The notes under the pieces are model-generated. The model searched no databases and was not told the origin of the DNA. It saw only the letters and a list, made by a program, of their open reading frames with translations. A DNA stretch of 64,000 bases from Nitrosopumilaceae archaeon (lineage in GTDB: Archaea; Thermoproteota; Nitrososphaeria; Nitrososphaerales; Nitrosopumilaceae). This document shows, in pieces, positions 59,496 through 64,000 of the stretch. How positions within the stretch are numbered: position 1 is the first letter of the stretch; every line of letters starts with the position of its first letter. The stretch covers positions 320,001 through 384,000 of the forward strand of contig CBDBMG010000002.1 in NCBI GenBank assembly GCA_965207375.1. Direction: 5' to 3'. A program made the translations under genes and the position numbers.

Positions 59496-61037
59496 ATGTC
59501 GTCGATTCTTAACTACTTTAAACTCAAGCCTGGGTCGAAAGTGACATCAACGTTGAAGTCCTCAGACGATATTCTCAAGAGTTTACCAGATCCTGATGGA
59601 ACTTTAAGCAAGAGTGTTCCGTCGTCAGCAATAAGAATGGCTAACGATGAAGTGCTTAAACTAGGAAGAAACCTGGGTATGGCAAGCGTAACGGCCGACA
59701 CACACAGTGCCAGTGGTCGACCGAGACCAAATGGATATTTGATGTTAACATCAACTCAACGATGCGAGATTGGTAAACGAGCAGCTGCACATGGAGTTAC
59801 CGCGTCACTTCAGTATTACACGGAGAAGTATCCAAGCCTTCCACTAAAGGAGACCAGCGTAAGAAGGTTTAAAAACCTTTATAAAGAAGCAGTGAAAAAG
59901 AAACTTGACGAAGTTAAAAAAGCTCGAGCTTTCAGTGCCGATGATGCAACTGGCAATCCTAATTGTGAAGTTCACGAGTTGCTTCGTATGAAAACTGGTA
60001 GGCCTTTATTGTTGCGGGACGAATTAGATGGCCAGGTGCAAGAGTATATCAAAGAATTGCGCAGTCGTGGAACAGCAGTGAGTAGTAGTGTGGTGATTGC
60101 TGCTGCTGAAGGCATTGTAATGAATAAAGATGCAAATATTCTGCGTGAAAATGGTGGTATTAAATTGACTGAAGAATGGGCAAAATCCTTGCTGAATAGA
60201 ATGGGCTATGTAAAAAGGAGAGCGTGTAGCAAAGCAAAAATTGATGTGGAGCATTTTAAAGAATTGAAAAGAGTATTTTTGATGGATATTACAAACATTA
60301 TAAGTATGGATGAAATCCCCCCTCAGTTGGTCATAAATTTTGATCAGACAGCAATCAACTACGTCCCCACACCATCTTGGACAATGGAGAAGGAAGGAGC
60401 AAAGAGGGTAGAAATGATGGGGATAGATGACAAGAGACAGATTACAGCAGTTTTTGGTGCATCCCTTTCAGGTGACTTCTTGCCACCTCAGCTTGTATAC
60501 GAAGGAAAGACAAAGCGATGCCTTCCAAGTTACAGCTCTCCCTCAACATGGAACATTACTTATTCGACCAATCACTGGTCGAATGAAGAAACAATGAAAG
60601 AGTACATAGAAATGATCATTTTGCCATACATCAGTAAAATTAAAGAAGATCTGCAGCTTCCTGATGAGCAGGGTGCACTGTTAATTTTTGATAACTTCAA
60701 AGCACAATGCACGTCAACCATTTTAACACTGCTGGATAGCCACAACATCAATGTAGCCCTAATTCCGGCCAACTGCACCGATCGGTTACAGCCGTTAGAC
60801 CTGAGTATTAACAAGCCAGCAAAGGATTTTCTTCGTAAAAAATTTGAAGGCTGGTATGCAAAACAAGTTTGCGCACAGTTAGATGAAGGAAAGCAAAGTG
60901 AAGGTGTTGATTTGAGGCTCACCACTATGAAGCCTTTGGGTGCAGAATGGATGGTGGCACTCCACAGCCACATCAAGAACAACCCTGATCTTGTGAGGAA
61001 TGGATTTAAAGAAGCTGGGATTTTTGACTGCATTTGA
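59496..61037 (+). CDS. pogo/CENP-B-family DD35D transposase, intact (~513 aa)
   Basis: HTH region, GRP linker, NFDQT, FDNF, QPLD with 35 residues between the second and third Asp. Confidence 0.92.
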   Translation: MSSILNYFKLKPGSKVTSTLKSSDDILKSLPDPDGTLSKSVPSSAIRMANDEVLKLGRNLGMASVTADTHSASGRPRPNGYLMLTSTQRCEIGKRAAAHGVTASLQYYTEKYPSLPLKETSVRRFKNLYKEAVKKKLDEVKKARAFSADDATGNPNCEVHELLRMKTGRPLLLRDELDGQVQEYIKELRSRGTAVSSSVVIAAAEGIVMNKDANILRENGGIKLTEEWAKSLLNRMGYVKRRACSKAKIDVEHFKELKRVFLMDITNIISMDEIPPQLVINFDQTAINYVPTPSWTMEKEGAKRVEMMGIDDKRQITAVFGASLSGDFLPPQLVYEGKTKRCLPSYSSPSTWNITYSTNHWSNEETMKEYIEMIILPYISKIKEDLQLPDEQGALLIFDNFKAQCTSTILTLLDSHNINVALIPANCTDRLQPLDLSINKPAKDFLRKKFEGWYAKQVCAQLDEGKQSEGVDLRLTTMKPLGAEWMVALHSHIKNNPDLVRNGFKEAGIFDCI

Positions 61038-61206
61038 ACAGTACTATTGGCTACAATAATTATGATTAGTGTATTATACAAATCAATGAAAATATGTAAT
61101 TGACTACAATAATTACTAATAATGGTTTTTGAAACAAAAAGTGTTGATTATTTACAAGTATAATACATGGTAACAGTAATTGACCTACACGTAAGTTTTG
61201 TTGCCT

Positions 61207-62388
61207 TCATTTGCAAGGGAATAAAGACATTCCACCTTTATTTAGGCATGTAACCAAATGGCCCCTTAGCTCTTCTTGAATAAACTTAAGTTTGCCTGGC
61301 TGTTTTCCAAATGCTATGGCAGTAGCAAATGCAATGGCAAATAAGCCGCAATCTGCACCTCCCTTTTGCTTATGGCAACGGGCAAATTTCAAAGCTACTT
61401 CTGTAGAATTCCACTGGAATGAATTCATGATTACTCTTTCCATTTCCTTATCAGGGTAAGTGAACAAAGAATCATAGACTTTACTTGGCCAATGCTGCTA
61501 TTCACAGTTGAGGCAACAACCCAATGACGTCTACCTTTACAGTAGATTATCTGCACCTTATTTCTGACATCTTTCTCTGTTAGTGCATACCTTTTGTCTT
61601 GAAGCAGTGTAGATTTAAACCCATTCAGATTGGGAAACTGTTTCTTCAATAACTGTTGTGCCAAATTAATCTCTGTGTCAGTTAATTCTTCTCCCATTAT
61701 GATATGTTCTGAGTCTATTAGCTTCATTCTTTTCTTTTGCGGAGACACAGCATTATGTTCAACGGCTTGATCTGACAAATCTACCACAGGCATCAACTCA
61801 GCTCTGTCTTGGACCTCAACAGCTTGATCGTCAGTAGCTCTGTCTTGGATCTCAACAGCTTGATTGTCAATAGCTCGCTCTGTCTTGGACCTCAATAGCT
61901 TGATCATCAGTAGTTCTGTCTTGGATCTCAACAGCTTGATTGTCAGTAGCAAGGTCAGTAGTACTGGTATCCCTAATTGAAAGTGTATCCATTGCAACAA
62001 CAATAGATAAGGTTGCTTCGAGACGCTTTCTGGTCTTATTTGCTTCCTTTTCACTTTCAATCGAAAACACCAACTTGCATGGAATCTCGAGGCCACCTTT
62101 TTCCAAATCTGATGAGAAACAGCGGCTACCGGTTACGCGGCTAATTATTGATCCACCTCGTCTGATAAATATTGAACATATCGAGGATATGTCAAAAGGG
62201 ACATGTCCTACAACAGCTGAGGCTCTTGAAATTACTTTCATCATTGCCACTGCGTGTGGATCGTGTGAATTCCCAGGTTCGCATCTACATTCCAGTTCTT
62301 CTCCAACATATGGACTGCTCCATATAGTCTGATAAACGTGATAACCTCGAATCTTAGAATCTATTACAAATCTAGAGACCACGCTCAT
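61207..62388 (-). pseudogene. HIRAN domain + repeat linker + Ulp1/C48-like cysteine protease, two frameshifts
   Basis: IRGYHVY..GEEL..EPGNSHDPHAVA..VGHVP..GGLEIPC; HWV, YDS (after frameshift), Q.GGADCGLFAIA; ATDDQAVEIQDR repeats; frameshifts near 61875 and 61482. Confidence 0.8.
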
Positions 62389-63685
62389 AATGCCACGGCA
62401 AACTGCCCGACTGAAATAATTAGAACACGATAACGTTTTACGGAAACTCGTACGTAACACCGGAATTTATAGCGGTAAGCATGAATGCTTGAATTCGCCA
62501 AAGTTTATTTCGCCAAATGCAATTTAGCTGGCTATTCGCCAAAGTTTACCCCCGCCAAAGTTTCCCTCTATACGGTATAGCTTGTTGCAAGTTGCTATTG
62601 TATGCATATAATACTACTTGTATATCCCCTAGCTATCCGCAACACCTTCACTGAAGACCACAATTCCAGTGAAATATTTGGATATCTTTATACTAAAGCT
62701 ATTATTCATGCAATCAGAAGCCCTTCTCCAATGCTTGCTTCAGATGAAAATCCAACAAGTTCAAGATGGCCCGCGGCCTAGTAAGGCTACTACTCATCAT
62801 TCAAACAGTCCAGGATTTCAGAAAAAACCATCAAGCAACTTGTTGGTCACAAGTGACTTCAGTGGAGTCCACAGTGAACAAGACAAAGTTACTTCCATCT
62901 GTTCCTCTAAACAACTGCCATACACAAATGCATACTCTAAAACAAATAACAGTGTGTCATCAAACTCTATCTGCATTGTTAGCATTGATAATGATAATGT
63001 TGAATCAACCAGAAGGATAAAAGGTGCTACTGCAAATCAGCCATTATGTGTTAGTACTAGTATCACTTCTGTTGCTGTTGAAGAAACTGAAATAGGACAC
63101 AAACAATCATATGCAGTTTTGATTGGACAAAGTGTTAGAACAGTTAACATTAAATTGTACTCTTCACTACCAGTACGGAACAAGTTCATGGTGAAACAAC
63201 GGGAACAGAATCTGTTTGGGAGGACTATTATAAAGCTAGGGTTGAAATCAAACGATGAAAGGTTGGTTTTCCTCATGAATATTGAACTTGTATATTGAAT
63301 ATGTTAATAATTTACTAATATTAACTACTAATTTTATCATTCAAGATGTTTGAGTTCATTTTATTTATTGAATTATCTTTTAATTAATGAAATTTGATTT
63401 ACAGTAAATTTTGTGGCATATATGTGTTTGTTTAATATACAGTTTCTGTATTTTATAGAAAAATGAAAAGCTCAATCTATATTTCATGTAATGTCTAATT
63501 TATTATTTGTAGCTGTGTCAAAGAAGAAGAAGGAGTAATGCAACAATATGTTTGTGATAATGATGTAGAAGCTGATGGCAATTGTACAGGGACCCATCAC
63601 CCAGGAAACAACAGAAGAGCTGGTTATATTATCTACACTGTGAGTCATAGTACACTACAATAATTCTTGATTTTATAATATTTAC

Positions 63686-64000
63686 TAGAATGATAAAAAA
63701 TTAAAAATTTAAAAAGTAAGTAGGGATTGAATTTTGGATTCAATAGTGCTACAAAAAGTAAGGAAACAAGGAATAAGATTTTGGGACGAGAGAACATTCT
63801 GGCATGAGATAATTTATAAAAGGTTAATCCCTACTTTTGGCTTACTTCAGTAGGTTTGCCAAAAGTAGGGATTAAACTTTTATAAATTATCTTATGCCAG
63901 AATGTTCTCTCGTCCCAAAATCTTATTCCTTGTTTCCTTACTTTTTAGCACCATTGAATCCAAAATTCAATCCCTACTTACTTTTTAAATTTTTAATTCT
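63686..64000. mobile_element. Palindromic MITE (copy 2)
   Basis: Near-identical to 1651-1967. Confidence 0.85.

Larger units (their letters stand above)
59366..62575 (+). mobile_element. pogo-like DNA transposon, 3,210 bp
   Basis: TIR ccgtatagagggaaactttggcgggg / ccccgccaaagtttccctctatacgg; TA TSD at both ends; subterminal ttggcgaat repeats. Confidence 0.93.
58620..63298 (+). pseudogene. Decayed multi-exon gene, possibly DBF4-like, interrupted by the pogo element
   Basis: Fragments FKNTSFFF, FE|GRISVFTDKSV, KMPQIFYD, CQMAFLLEAH..NYAKL appear in DBF4 motif N, M, C order; Ser-rich open segment 62669-63298. Confidence 0.3.

Overview
AT-rich eukaryotic genomic DNA with many ~45-60 nt GT-AG introns, probably from a non-bilaterian animal such as a sponge (inference only). 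It is dominated by nested mobile elements and damaged genes. (1) A 14,452-bp DNA transposon (10873-25324) has long imperfect TIRs and a perfect 7-bp TSD. It carries a decayed DDE transposase with a C-terminal Spin/Ssty (Tudor) domain plus cargo, and sits inside a young head-to-head pair of CRE-clade retrotransposon 3' ends. (2) A CR1-group LINE is cut by a third terminus of that transposon family and by a hAT MITE. (3) An intronless zinc-finger-repeat/RING gene has one in-frame TGA. (4) A frameshifted sulfotransferase has a decayed paralog nearby. (5) A minus-strand multi-exon TERT has cleanly splicing 3' exons and a recognisable TEN/CP 5' part, but motif C reads RLADNFL and I cannot find the QFP-to-motif-B' core; exons of an unrelated gene occupy that interval. 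(6) A 3.2-kb pogo-like DD35D transposon carries a convergent HIRAN + Ulp1-like protease gene and is inserted in a possible DBF4-like remnant head-to-head with TERT. Many MITEs, foldbacks, a 26-bp satellite and microsatellites fill the rest. All family calls come from reading motifs by eye; no database search was run.
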